A DNA stretch of 64,000 nt. Source: Octopus bimaculoides (taxonomy: Eukaryota). Positions 51,511 through 64,000 of this stretch are shown here, piece by piece (position 1 is the first letter of the stretch; each line of letters begins with the position of its first letter). The translations under genes and the position numbers were made by a program. A model generated the notes under the pieces. That model had not been told where the DNA came from. It searched no databases and saw only the letters and a program-made list of their open reading frames with translations. The stretch is taken from contig NC_068982.1 of assembly GCF_001194135.2 (NCBI RefSeq), forward strand, positions 64,850,686 through 64,914,685, given 5' to 3'.

Positions 51511-53238
51511 GAAACAAGAATTCAAGTATGGTTATGGTCTTTTTAAAAATATCATCATCATTGTCATCATCACCATGGATCATGTGGAGTTTGTCCAGGC
51601 AATTTTTTTACAGCTGGTTACCCTTCTTGTTGCCAACCCTCACCTGTTTTCAAGCAAGATAATATTTTTCCATGGCTGGACATACTTCCACAAAAGATTA
51701 GAAATAAACATCACTTGTATGATGATGACATGTGCTTACAAATATTGTGTGGTATCTAGACAAGGACATACAAGCACACACACATTCAAGTACATGCTTT
51801 ATGGGCTTCTTTCAGTTTCTGTCTAGCAAGTCCACTCACAAGGCTTTAGTTTGCCCTGGACTGTAAAGTAGAAAACATCTGCCTAAGATGTTCTGTCGTG
51901 GGATTGAACCCCAAACCATGAGGGATGAAAGCAATCTTCCACACAGTTATGTACACGCGCGCGCGCGCATACATATATGCATATTCTTTACCTTGAGTAG
52001 CAGAACAATGTTTTATGCCTACAGTACAAATGATGATGATAATCATCATCATCATTCAATATCCGTTTTCCATGCTGGCATGAGTTGGACAGTTTAACTG
52101 AAAACTGGTAAATTGGGGAGCTGTACCAGGTTCCAATCTCATTTGGCATGGTTTCTACAGCTGGATGACCAACCATTCTAAGAGTATAGGACTATAAAAA
52201 TAATGATTTCTAGAAGACTTGAAGTTTGAGATGAGGGGCTAGTTGATTATATCAATCCCAATACTTGACTTGTGATTGATTTTATGAATCCTGGAGTGAT
52301 AAAATGAAAAGTTGACTGAGACAGAATTTGAACTCAGAATGTAAAAAGGTCATAGCTAAATTACAGAAAGGCGTTTTTGCTCTACCGATTCTGTTAATTT
52401 ATATAATAAGCAATAACTTCCAGCTTTGCAACCTGTCCTTTTACTGCACTGGTTCTCGGTTGTCATTTTATTTCCTTGTTCTGACCACTTTCGAATTGAT
52501 ATAGGGTCTTCTGATATGTTGGGGCTGTGCAGGACAACGATCAGTGCCCTCTATGGACAATAAACATGACTCAGAAGATATATATCCCATTATAATAGAT
52601 TCTTCATTACACATTACCAATTTATTGACTAAACAAATACATTATTTTCACTTGTGTGCCAACTAGCAAATAAAATAAAAAAACGAAAGAAAACACTTGT
52701 TCTCTGCCAGGGAGCTTTGTTCTCCAAGTTACATAGCTTTTCTTACAACTTTCTGCCTTTCTAGTCTTTCCCTCTGCCTTTCTTTTTCTTTCTTTCTGTA
52801 TTTTATTTCCTTTGTTACCTTTTAAAATTTCTTTCTTCTTTCTTATCTTTTAAAATTTATTTTTTTCTTTCTTCCTTTCTTATTTCCGCTATTTCTCTCC
52901 CCCTCCCTCCATCTATCTATCTATCTCTGTCTTTCACCGTCCCTCCTTCTCTCCCTATGTTTACTGTAGGTTTTTAGCTAACTGCCTTCCTCTCCACATT
53001 CCCTACAGTATTGTCACAGATTAGGCAGGCTAGCTATATAAGATAACTGAAATATTGATACAACAATACAGAAGACGAAAACTGTTTGGTGGGAGCGGGA
53101 CGGGAGAATGGAGCAGGCGGCAAGTCTATTCATTTTGTTATTGTTTACTGTTTCACTAACAACAGGAATTACTTACCATGTAAGAATAAAGTGGAATACC
53201 TATAGATCTTCTGTTACTTCGCATACACATACACACAT

Positions 53239-53271
<33 letters not shown>

Positions 53272-53319
53272 TTCTTTAAAAACCATACAGAAGCATACGT
53301 ATAAAAACACATACTCAGA

Positions 53320-53655
53320 CACATCAGCACAGATACTCGTACAGAAATTTACACACCTGCATAATTTCTTTTCCTCAACAGGCCCTGCCCTGTTTAATAT
53401 TGTCCCGAAACAGATAAAAGAGGAAAAGGACCCCATCAGCTTTAAACGGAGTCTAGACAGCTTTCTTCAGGGAATACCAGACAAGCCACCCATACCTGGA
53501 TACAACTCACTCAATAAGAACTCACTACTTGAATGGACCATAGACCAAACTTGACTGTAAAAAAGATTTAGATAATCCTATCAGGTGGTGCTATTAAGTT
53601 AGACATGGCCTGGACCAATCTTTGGTCGAAACAAATCTAAGTTTTATCTAAGTTT
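53320..53655 (+). mobile_element. CR1/L2-group LINE 3' end (second family)
   Basis: HNFFSSTGPALFNIVPKQI...FKRSLDSFLQGIPDKPPIPGY...NSLLEW*, with a 3'UTR ending in tandem atctaagtttt. Confidence 0.8.
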
Positions 53656-53682
53656 ATACATTCAGTATCGTACAGTTATACA

Positions 53683-53871
53683 CGAGGAGGTGCTGAAAAG
53701 TTCCTGGCTTTAGGGTGTCGCAAAAGGTCTGGTTGGAGGCCCAACCTTCCGAGTTCTTTTACAGGGGCATTATGTGAATCTCAGAGGGGAATGTGTTCAA
53801 TAAAATCATAATTAACTAATCGTCCTGTATTTTCTTTTACCCAAAGCCATGAACTTTTCAGCACTCTCTCG
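53683..53871 (+). mobile_element. Mariner-derived MITE, second copy
   Basis: TIRs CGAGGAGGTGCTGAAAAGTTCCTGGCTT / AAGCCATGAACTTTTCAGCACTCTCTCG. Interior matches 40383-40601 with a further deletion. Confidence 0.85.
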
Positions 53872-54584
53872 AATGTGTGTGTATTTATATTTGTGTGTAT
53901 GTATGCACTCACAGATAAACGCTAATGTAACAGGAAATGTGCCACTATGCAGTCACCTGACATGACAGAAATAACAGCAAAATGCCGCAAATGATACACT
54001 TTCATGAAAAGGGATGGTTGCATAGGATAATGTAATTTTAGGTACACAATGCCTATGACAATGATGGGATGGTCATGACAGGAACATAACTGTTCAGTCA
54101 GGATTGACATGGGACCAAACGACAACAACATCCATTGTTTAGTCTAATAATTAAACTTATTTCCACATCAGACATAAAGGTCTCAGAGAGCTTTATAAAG
54201 TGGAAGTTGTGACATTCTTGAGTTCCCCACTGTTATTAAGGAAGTTATATGAAATTGGATATCACTGGAATATTAGAATCAGGTTCTTTAGATTTTTAAT
54301 TAGTTTTAGCCATCACAGCTAAGGCCATGCTGTAGCATCACTTTTGATGCTGTGTACAGTATTGTTGTTGTTTAACCCCAGGTCAACCCTAATTAGGCCT
54401 ACAATTAAATGTGCTCCATTTTCAGTCATACCAAATCTAGGACTACATTATCCAGTGTGTCCTTTTTTAAGACTGTACAGTGTGATTTGAGGGAGATTTG
54501 ACTGCTATTTCTTGCAGGTCAAGTAACAAAGTAGGGGTTCCATTGGTGGCTTGGTTTTTTTTGATTTCTTATTGTATTTCTGTG

Positions 54585-54918
54585 AAGGCACATGGCTCAG
54601 TGGTTTCAGTGTGAAGTTCACAATCATGAGGTAGTGATTTCAATTCCTGTATCAGGTTGTGTGTTGTGTTCTTGAGCAAGACACTTTATTTCACATTGCC
54701 CCAGTTCACGTCGCTATAGAAATGAGTTGCAACGTCACTGGTGCCAAGCTGCATTGGCCTTTGCTTTTCCTTGGGATAACATTGGTGGCATGGAGAGGGG
54801 AGGCTGGTATGCATGGGTGACTGCTGGTCTTCCACAAACAACCTTGCCCAGACTTGTACCTTGGAGGGTAACTTTCTAGGTGCAATCCTATGGTCATTCA
54901 TGACTGAAGGGGGTCTCT
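54585..54918 (+). mobile_element. SINE family B' (B head and CORE-like centre, different tail)
   Basis: Shares ttgagcaagacactttatttcac with B but ends ggtcattcatgactgaaggggg. Second copy at 58322-58650. Confidence 0.75.
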
Positions 54919-55575
54919 TCCTCCTCTTGAATTTCTATACACCTACAATAAAAACTATATTGAATTAAATTTACTTTCTTACTACAGCATTCCTCTGTTT
55001 AGTTTGTAATGATTTATATGGAAGATGTGGTTAGGTCCCATAGCTTAGTGGTTCAATAACATGTGTACTTCATAGGACACTTTATTTCACATTGTTCCAG
55101 TTCACTCAACTGGCAAAAATGAGTTGTACCTGTATTTCAAAGGGTCAGCCTGATCACATCTTGTGTCATGCTGAATCTCCTTGAGAACTACTTTAAGGGT
55201 ATGCACATCTGTGGAGTGCTCAGCCATTTGCACATTAATTTCACGAACAGGCTGTTCTGTTGATTGGATCAACAGGAACCTTCATTGCCATAACCAACAG
55301 AATGTCAGATCCGTATGAAAGAGGAACACAATATTTATGCTTCTCTTAATGACATGAACAGTGTAAGTGAAAAGGGGATAAGTAGAAAATTGAATGGGCC
55401 CAGTTTCCTGGGAGCTTATCTCTACCCTGTGGAGCTTTGCAAATTGTTTACTCAAAATAACATAGTAATTACTGCTGCTGTTGCTTAGCTCCAGGTTGGC
55501 TCTGATTGAGCAGTCCTATGACGAAATGCATTCTGGCAGTGACCATCTTGTTTGTCTTTCTGTATATCTAGGAGT

Positions 55576-55949
55576 GTAGAGGAGCAATGGCCCAGTGGTT
55601 AGGGCAGTGGACTTGCGGTTTCGATTCCCAGACCAGGCGTTGTGAGTGTTTATTGAGCGAAAACACCTAAAAGTTCCACGAGGCTCCCTCCGGCAGGGGA
55701 TGGTGGCGAACCCTGCTGTACTCTTTCACCACAACTTTCTCTCACTCTTACTTCCTGTTTCTGTTGTGCCTGTAATTCAAAGGGTCGGCCTTGTCCACAC
55801 TGTGTCACGCTGAATATCCCCGAGAACTACGTTAAGGGTACACGTGTCTGTGGAGTGCTCAGCCACTTGCACGTTAATTTCACAAGCAGGCTGTTCCATT
55901 GATTGGATCAACTGGAACCCTCGACGTCGTAAGCGACGGAGTGCCAACA
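55576..55949 (+). mobile_element. Young SINE family C inserted in a family F repeat
   Basis: 12-bp TSD ATATCTAGGAGT (55564-55575, 55950-55961). Confidence 0.9.
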
Positions 55950-58900
55950 ATATCTAGGAGTACATTGTCCAGTGTGTGTGTCCCTCACCTTACATTCTGA
56001 GGTCAGCTTTGTTTTTTATCCCTTTGAGATCGATAAAATAAAGTTTCAGCCAACTGCTGAGAGTTAATGTAATCAACTTGTCCCCTCCTCTTAAATTACT
56101 GTCCTTGTGCCCTATGATGGACTGGTGTCTTGTTCAGGGAGGATGTTGTGATCTTAGTTACTTACATGCTATGGAAACAAGTTAATTGGCTTTGTAAGTC
56201 CTAGGGCACAAGAAAATTTTTTAAAAGGTAAAATGTGTGATTTGAGGGAAATTTGGTTATTTCTAACAGTTCGAGCAACAGCATAGAGGCCGCTATTATT
56301 AAATGTATTTGGTGTAACTGTTATAGAGTTGAGCTTGTTCAAGGGATATGGATGATAAAGCTGTAAATTAATTGGTGCTAATTACTGTTTCTTATATGTC
56401 TGTCTATGAGCAGAGTTGTGAAATCCTCTAACCTCACTTATCTAATAGCAAAATATAAATATATAGGAAAAATTAAGGGTCACAAGTCTACTCTGTAATA
56501 GTTCCCAGTGTTGAGATTGAACTTGCTAATTCACTGCTTATACTTAATACATCATTTACCTCATTCTTTTGGAATGTCTATTTAGCATTCAATGTATGAT
56601 ACTTCCTTCTTTCTCTCTGAAGCCCTAATGACTCATAATGTTTCTGTAAAATAGATAGATAAATTTCCATTAAAACCTGTTCTTGAGGAGTGGTAGACAA
56701 ATCCATTGTCCAATTTAACTAACAGCTGGGCCTTGATAAACCACTTGCAAGCTTTTTGGCCCTGGTAAATTCCTCCCTTCCTCCCTACTAGTCTTGGAGA
56801 CCTTGAAAAGTGTCGTTCCTTTTTTGAATAAGTAATAATGGAAAAAGAAAAACTATCTGTTAGTTGGTCTCTGTCTGTAGCTGCCTGCTGCATGCCCCCA
56901 CCATCTCTCTCTCTGTTACAAGCTACCTTAATAAATTGACTGATATCTAATTAAGTATAGTTAAATACTCTCTCAAATAACCTCATGCATTGCCCAGAAG
57001 TAGTAGACAATATTTCAGGATGTCAATCTGGAATAACATTACTTCCTGTTTCAGAAAGCATTTTTGTTTTATTTTTCGAGTTTTCTTAAAAGCCATGGTT
57101 TTTTTTTTTTTTTTTTTGATGCAGCATATGTTTGACAGTCATTAGTATCAAAGTGCAGGAGCATTACTTTTAGGTAGAATTTATTTTTAAAACTATAAAG
57201 AAATGTGGAATTAGAAGTTGTGGCATTTATGTTTTTTCTTTCTTTTTCATTTTATAAACCAATCTAGCTGGAAAAAAAAAAGTGGCTACAACTGGGAATT
57301 GAAGCCTGATTACAAGCTTAGTTTATTGGAAGCTTCTTAGTGTTATACAAGCCAATGACATTCCCTGTGTGTGTGTGTGTGCGTGTGCGTGTGTGTGTGT
57401 GTGTGTGTATCATCATTTGACATACATGTTCCATGCTGGTATGGGTTGGACAATTTAACTGGATCTGATGGGTCAGACGACTGTACCATGCTCCAGTGTC
57501 CACTTTGGTGTGGTTTCTATAGCTGGTTGCCATTCCTAATGCCAACAATTTTACAGTGTGTACTGGGTGTTTCATTCATGCCACCAGCACTGTTGAGATT
57601 GCCATGCAGCTTGCAAGACTATGACACTTGAAGGTACAGCTTTATGGGGAGTAAAAATATGAAACAAGGAACCAGAACATAATGAGTTTCTTGTAGAGGA
57701 GCTGCATGACTATTTACATTTACACACACACACATACGCGGATACACACAATTGGGACTATCATAAAAGTGTCAAATAAAATGTCTTACAGAGGCCCTTA
57801 AAATACTATTGTGGATCCCCAATTTACTATTTTGTTGTGTGGACTCCTAAAAATTTTATATAAGCCCTTAGGGGCTAAATGAACCCTGGTTGAGAATCAC
57901 TGCTCTAGCCTTTCCAACTCAGGCATCCCCACTCCTCAACTCTTCCCAATCTTTACAGATGTTGCCTACCTACCTTCCTTTCTCCTACTTCCCCTATCTC
58001 TTCCTCCATATTCTCTTGCAGACCTCCACTCACTACTACTATTCCTATCTGAGATGCCACCTGGTCACCTCATCAGCACTATTTATCTCTTTGGAGATAC
58101 CATCAGTTCATTCTCACTCTCTCTTCTACATGTGAGGAGCCATGTAGCTCCTCTACAACAAGAACCTGCTCTACCCCAACCTCTTCCCTCGTACTTTAAC
58201 CCCTATCTAACATAAGAACATAACACCCCCCACATCCTCAGGTTTATAGACTTGTGAGCTACATGGTAACCTCAGTAGAGCTACATGGTAACCTCAGTAG
58301 AGCTGGTAGCATGAAAAAAGCATAGGTGCATGGCTCAGTGGTTAGAGTGTTATGCTCGCAATCAAGAGTTGGTGAATTCAATTCCTGAACCGGGCCATGT
58401 GTTATGTTCTTGAGCAAGACACTTTATTTCATGTTTCTCCAGTTCACTCAGCTCTAGAAATGAGTTGCTGCGTCACTGGTGTCAAGCTGTATCAGCTTTT
58501 GCCTTTCCCTGGGATAACATCAGTGGAGTGGGGAGGCTGGTATGCATGGGCGACTGCTGGTCTTCCATAAACAACCTTGCCCAGACTTGTGCCTTGGAGG
58601 GTAACTTTCTAGGTGCAATCCCATGGTCATTCATGACTGAAGGGAGTCTTTACACAGTGCAAAATGGTTGGCATTAGCAAAGACATCCAACCTTAAAAAC
58701 CTTATCAAAGCAAACACTGGAGAATAATGCAGTCCTTAGAATCATCGGATTCTTGTCAATGGATGTTAAAATGATGATGATGAAAATCCCTTATCTAACA
58801 GTTTTTGTATTTGTATTCAAGGTTAGCTTTCAGGATACTGGGCCTCCCAAGAAAGATAAATAATGAAGTACTAAGATGATAGCTATTATTATTGTTGTTA

Positions 58901-58994
58901 AACCCCAGGTAAGCCCTGGTCAAGCAGGCTTATGATCAAAGACATTATATTTACAATTATCCTGTGTCTTTTTTTTTTTTTTTAGTTCACAGAC

Positions 58995-59790
58995 ACAAGC
59001 ATGGATGTGTGGTTAAGAAGTTCACTTTGCAACCATGTACTTTTGGGTTCAGTTCCACTGCATGGCAGTGGAGGCACAATGGCCCAGTGGTTAGGGCAGC
59101 AGACTCGCGGTCATAGGATTGCGGTTTCGATTCCCAGACTGGGCGTTGTGAGTGTTTATTGAGCGAAACCACCTAAAGCTCCATGAGGCTCCAGCAGGGG
59201 ATTGTGGCGAACCCTGCTGTACTCTTTCACCACAACTTTCTCTCACTCTTACTTCCTGTTTCTGTTGTACCTGTATTTCAAAGGGCCAGGCTTGTCACAC
59301 TATGTCATGCTGAATCTCCCCGAGAACTACGTTAAGAGTACACGTATCTGTGGAGTGCTCAGCCACTTGCACGTTAATTTCACGAGCAGGCTGTTCTGTT
59401 GATCGGATCAACTGGAACCCTCGACGTCGTAAGCGACGGAGTGCCAACAGACAAACCACTGCATGGCAGCTTGGGCAAGTATCTTCTACAAAAGTCCCAG
59501 GCTGACCAATGCTCTGTGAGTGAGTTTGATAGACACAATCTGTCTGGAAGCCTGTCACGCGCATATGTGTGTGTGTTTAAGTTTGTGCCTGACACACCCA
59601 CCCATTGCCTGACCACCGGTGTTGGTTTATTTATGTTCCTATAACTTGGCAGTTTGGCAAAAGAGACTGAGAGAATAAGTACTAGACTTTAAAAAAGTAA
59701 GTGCTGGGGTTGATTTGCTGGAGTACCCTTCAAGACCCTGCTCCAGCATGGGCATAGTCTCATGACTGAAATAAGTAAAAGGTAAAACAG
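58995..59790 (+). mobile_element. Older SINE A copy hosting a nested SINE C
   Basis: A head is interrupted after ccactgcatggcag and resumes at 59456. Confidence 0.8.
59069..59455 (+). mobile_element. Young SINE family C nested in the head of SINE A
   Basis: 14-bp TSD CCACTGCATGGCAG (59055-59068, 59456-59469). Confidence 0.9.
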
Positions 59791-59819
59791 GTAGTGTACC
59801 TAGTACCTCATTATATCTC

Positions 59820-60234
59820 TCTTTTACTCTCTTTTACTTGTTTCAGTCATTTGACTGTGGCCATGCTGGAGCACTGCCTTTAGTCGAGCAAATTGAGCCA
59901 AGGACTTATTCTTTGTAAGCCTAGTACTTATTCTATTGGTCTCTTTTGCTCTACTGCTAAGTTATGGGGACGTAAACACACCAGCATCAGTTGTCAAGCG
60001 ATGTTGGGGGGACAAACACAGACACACAAACATATACACGCACGTACATATATATATATACATATATACGACAAGCTTCTTTCAGTTTCCGTCTACCAAA
60101 TCCACTCACAAGGCTTTGGTCGGCCCGAGGCTATAGTAGAAGACACTTGCCCAAGGTACCACACAGTGGGACTGAACTCGGAACCATGTGATTGGTAAGC
60201 AAGCTACTTATCACACTGCCACTCCTGTGCCTAT
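59820..60234 (-). mobile_element. SINE family A
   Basis: Near-full reverse copy, tail-to-tail with 58995-59790. Confidence 0.9.
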
Positions 60235-60265
60235 ATAGTTATGTCATGTATCCTTTCTCTCTCTT

Positions 60266-60323
<58 letters not shown>

Positions 60324-62329
60324 ATGGTAGGGTAAAATTTGAAGGGAATTTTGGCTTCTAGAAATAACATGTTGAGGAACTGGAGAATAACAGGACCAAG
60401 ATGGTTAGCAATAAATATGCTGCATGTCAGACATGTCTAACAAAGATCAACATGGAAAAAATAATGAGTTTAATACAATGATGATGATTATGATGTTTAT
60501 GATGATATTTCAAGACACTTCCTCTTGAATAGTATGAGATGAAAAATAGTTATTTGCTTGGACAGTAAGTCAACATTGAAAACAAATTTTATAAATTGTT
60601 TCACTGGGTGGGAAATTTTAGCAAACTTGGACTTTTAATCTAGACGCTACTAATTTTGGTGGAAGTTAGCATAGAACTAGTAGTGGTTAAGCAATAAGGA
60701 GACTAAATTGACAAATTGTGTGTGTGTGTGTGTGAAATTACATTAAGAAAGCTATTTCTATTAAATTTCAAAAATAAGAATATAAATCTCTTCCTTCTAC
60801 AATCATTATTTAAAATATTTCTTTTTTGATAAAATGAAATTTTAAACATATTTCTTATTTATAGAATTGTCAACTTTTAATGTTTAAACTAACCTTGTGT
60901 GTGTGTGTGTGTGTGTATGTTACAAGTTACCAAACCTGTTTAGCTCGTTTCTCTTACTGTGATAAGATCAATGATTTCAAGGAATAAAATGAAAAAATCT
61001 CTACATATTTGTAATACAGTGTTTAAATATGTTTGTCTAAGTAAATAGCATGGTAGTAAAATATCTTGTGGTTTTCTGCAGTGTATCCTATATATTAAAA
61101 GGCATTATTGCAATACTGCTTTATATACTGTTGCAATATCCTTATATACATGTGTGTGTGTATTTGTTGATGCTTAACAAGATGACTGATGTGATGAAAA
61201 TGAAATTGGTGATAATTGATCTGACAGTGATGAGGTTTATGTGAGGAACATGAATAGGCCATACATCCAGTATCATAGCATTTAACCCTTTAGCATTTAA
61301 ACTGGCCATATCAGGCCAAAATATTCTACCCATTTTACGTTCAAACTGGCTAGACTTGTCCTCTCACCCCCCCTCCCCAACCTCACAACCAATCCCCATC
61401 TCAACACAAACCGGAGCTTACTTAATTATATCAAACTTCCCACTTACAACCCTCTATCAGCTATAGTAAAGAATCTGCTTTGGAAAAAGTGGAGGGTAAC
61501 AGCCATATATTGAAATGCAACAGTTTTCAGAATTTTGTCTCAGTTGTGGACTATACATAGGGTTGTTATCTCCACCAACAGTTGCCTTCACCATTGTGAG
61601 TTCACATAGTTCCCTCTGGAGGAGGGGCAGTTACAGTAACACTCCTCCACCTCATTCACCAACAGCACACCGGGCCCACTCTGGTACCCCACCCAACATG
61701 GTGACCTCACCACTACAAAGATCTGGTCACCATCCAGCATCTGTTTCTCCTCAACAAGCCATCATGGGCCTGTCGTTTATGCCAATATTCTTTGGTTTTC
61801 ACCATGTTGCACAGCCTCTTCTACAACCTGTATTGGACCAGGACAGTGATGAATGATATGGCAACCTACACCTATATATATACATATCATCATCATCACT
61901 ATTGAACATCAGTTTTCCCTACTGGTATGGGTTGGATGATTTGAGAAGATCCAGTCAGCTACAGGACAGTACTGAATTCTGGGGTTTGCTTTGGCATGGT
62001 TTCTATGGCTGAATGCCCTTCCTAATGTGACACATGTACACACACACACATATAGCCAACTATTAAGAGGCATGATTCTATGGAATTGTCACATAAAATC
62101 TCTTCATAGGCTTGCTATGTTAAAAACCAATATATATATATATATCAGAGTGTGATGAACATTATCACTGCAGTGACTCACAACAATAACAGTTGCAGAA
62201 CAAGTAGAAAGATATATTTTTTTCAACATGGAAATGCTGAACAGTATATATAAAGGATAAAATCCTTTTAAGAGCAGAAAAATTTGCCGGCAACCAGCCA
62301 TTTTGCCTTTGTTGAAGCCTGACAAGTGT

Positions 62330-63075
62330 TTGCTAACTGCTTAAATGAAATTCAAGCCTCATTTCATAGGAAACAGAATAAAATATTCATCAGAATTATA
62401 GAAGCTTGTTGGGTTGTAAAAAAATTTGGTATACACAAATGTAATAGTATTAAATTAAAAGCATTATCTATGTATCATATTAAATATCTGTGCACTGTTA
62501 GAAGGCATAATGCTGTGGATGATGTTGATCTTGCTTTGATGTATATTGTGTGACTGGTAGCAGCCAGTTAGTGTCATCAGTCAAAGTATTTAGATTGGAA
62601 TCTGATAAGAGAGATCTAGTTTTGTAGTCAGTTCAGTGTTACCTCTCTTTCCAGTGTTTTATGCTGATGAGAAGAAAATTACTTCAAAATGTATACATCC
62701 ATCAATCTGGATAGAAGGCTCTCCGAACTGCACTGGTGTGTTTAGACCTTTTTGTCAACAGTGTGAATTTTTCTCCATGACAAAATGTAGTGAATGACCT
62801 TCTTACAGATTTGAATATGTCTCAAACATATTTGAATAGATTGGTAACAAGTTCATAGGAAAGAATCGCAAGATGGATTCTTCAAACCAAGCCAACCAGT
62901 AGAAGACTTGTGGGTGGGCCAAGAATGAGATGGCTGAATATGCATTGTCTCAGTTGGTTGCTCTTGGGAATCCAGCTGGAAAATCTAATGAGGGTTGCTT
63001 CTGATAGGGCCTTATGGAGCAGATGCTTGAAGACTCTACCATCACGAGATTCCTCAGGAATAATGGGTAAAGATG
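62330..63075 (+). mobile_element. Degraded RTE-like LINE RT/C-terminal remnant
   Basis: AVDDVDLA (ADD-like), ERIARWILQTKPTSRRLVGGPRMRWL...VASDRALW, with many stops. Confidence 0.6.
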
Positions 63076-63604
63076 GATGAACCCTCATATTTCTAATGAA
63101 GTACACCGCCTGTGTGTTTCAATGAATTTTGAAAGCAGGTAAGAATTTTGAGATGTTTCATAAAATAAACATGCAAAACACTTGTGCTTGCCCTGCTATC
63201 ATACTTTAACCTCTCACAACTGGTATGAAGCTACTTCCCCCTCTCTCAAATACAACCACTCAGTTGCGGGTGCTTTTGCCTTTTTTTGTCTTGCAAGTTA
63301 CTTGCCAACCTCACAAATGCTGGTGGCAGGAAAAAACACAGTACACACTATAAAGTAGTTGGTACTAGGAAGGGCATCCAACCATAGGAACCATGCCAAA
63401 TTTGGTATTGGACACAGTCCTACAGCTCATTGGATCCTATCAAACATTCCCAACAGATGCCAGCATGGAAAACATGTTTGATGATGTTGATAATACTAAG
63501 AACATAGTTTAACAAAAGTCTCTCACTTTAAGTTATCTCAAAAGGTTAAAACAAGATTGTATATAACAGAATGAAGAGTAGCCTCATGTTGGTTAATATC
63601 AAAA

Positions 63605-63647
<43 letters not shown>

Positions 63648-63859
63648 ATATATATATATATATATATATAGCACTTATTTGACAATGATTTGATCTGATA
63701 GATGTAATGACTAAAACAAATGCAACACGTTCGGATGGTGCTTTTTATGTGCCACCAGCATAGGGAGCCAGTCATATGATAAAACAAAGTGATGACCAAT
63801 AACATAATCTAATTACAATATAATAAGTAAAAGTGTATATAACAGTGTGTATGTTTTGA

Positions 63860-64000
63860 TGGCTAGAATCGTTAGCGCGCTGGCCGAAGTGCTTAACAGT
63901 ATTTCGTCTGCTGCTACATTCTGAGTTCAAATTCCGCCGAGGTTAACTTTGCCTTTCATCCTTTCGGGGTCGATTAAATAAGTACCAGTTATGCACTGGG
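63860..64000 (+). mobile_element. SINE family D (runs off window end)
   Basis: aatcgttagcgcgctggccgaagtgctt...aactttgcctttcatcctttcggggtcgattaaataagtaccag. Confidence 0.85.

Noticed and set aside
53108-53554. 148-aa ORF with signal-peptide-like N-terminus
   Set aside because: It is a chance fusion of unique sequence, microsatellite and a CR1/L2 LINE C-terminus.
59069-59150. tRNA-Arg(TCG)-like gene
   Set aside because: It is the head of SINE family C, flanked by a TSD and continuing into SINE body. The same holds for all other A/B-box hits.

Overview
AT-rich, microsatellite- and SINE-dense eukaryotic DNA. The repeat families and assembly style suggest an octopus genome, which is an inference. 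One host gene is recognisable: the first coding exon of a PAWR/Par-4 homologue (+, 12271-12696, motif KRKLREKRRSTGVV), probably preceded by a non-coding exon. I found no later PAWR exon, so the remaining ~51 kb is most simply one giant intron. Everything else is transposon-derived: a decayed Gypsy element with nested insertions (1-2780), a Helitron fragment, mariner, hAT and piggyBac-type MITEs, RTE and CR1/L2-group LINE fragments, and several modular tRNA-SINE families. The most notable observations are a two-copy foldback retroposon whose arms match within each copy but differ between copies, a shared 3' stem-loop signature linking a SINE to two CR1/L2-type LINE tails, a CpG-rich intronic island with a near-perfect p53 element, and structured ~65-bp repeats in an RTE 3'UTR. 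I found no CRISPR array, rRNA or genuine tRNA gene. All analysis was by eye and repeat boundaries are approximate unless defined by TSDs.
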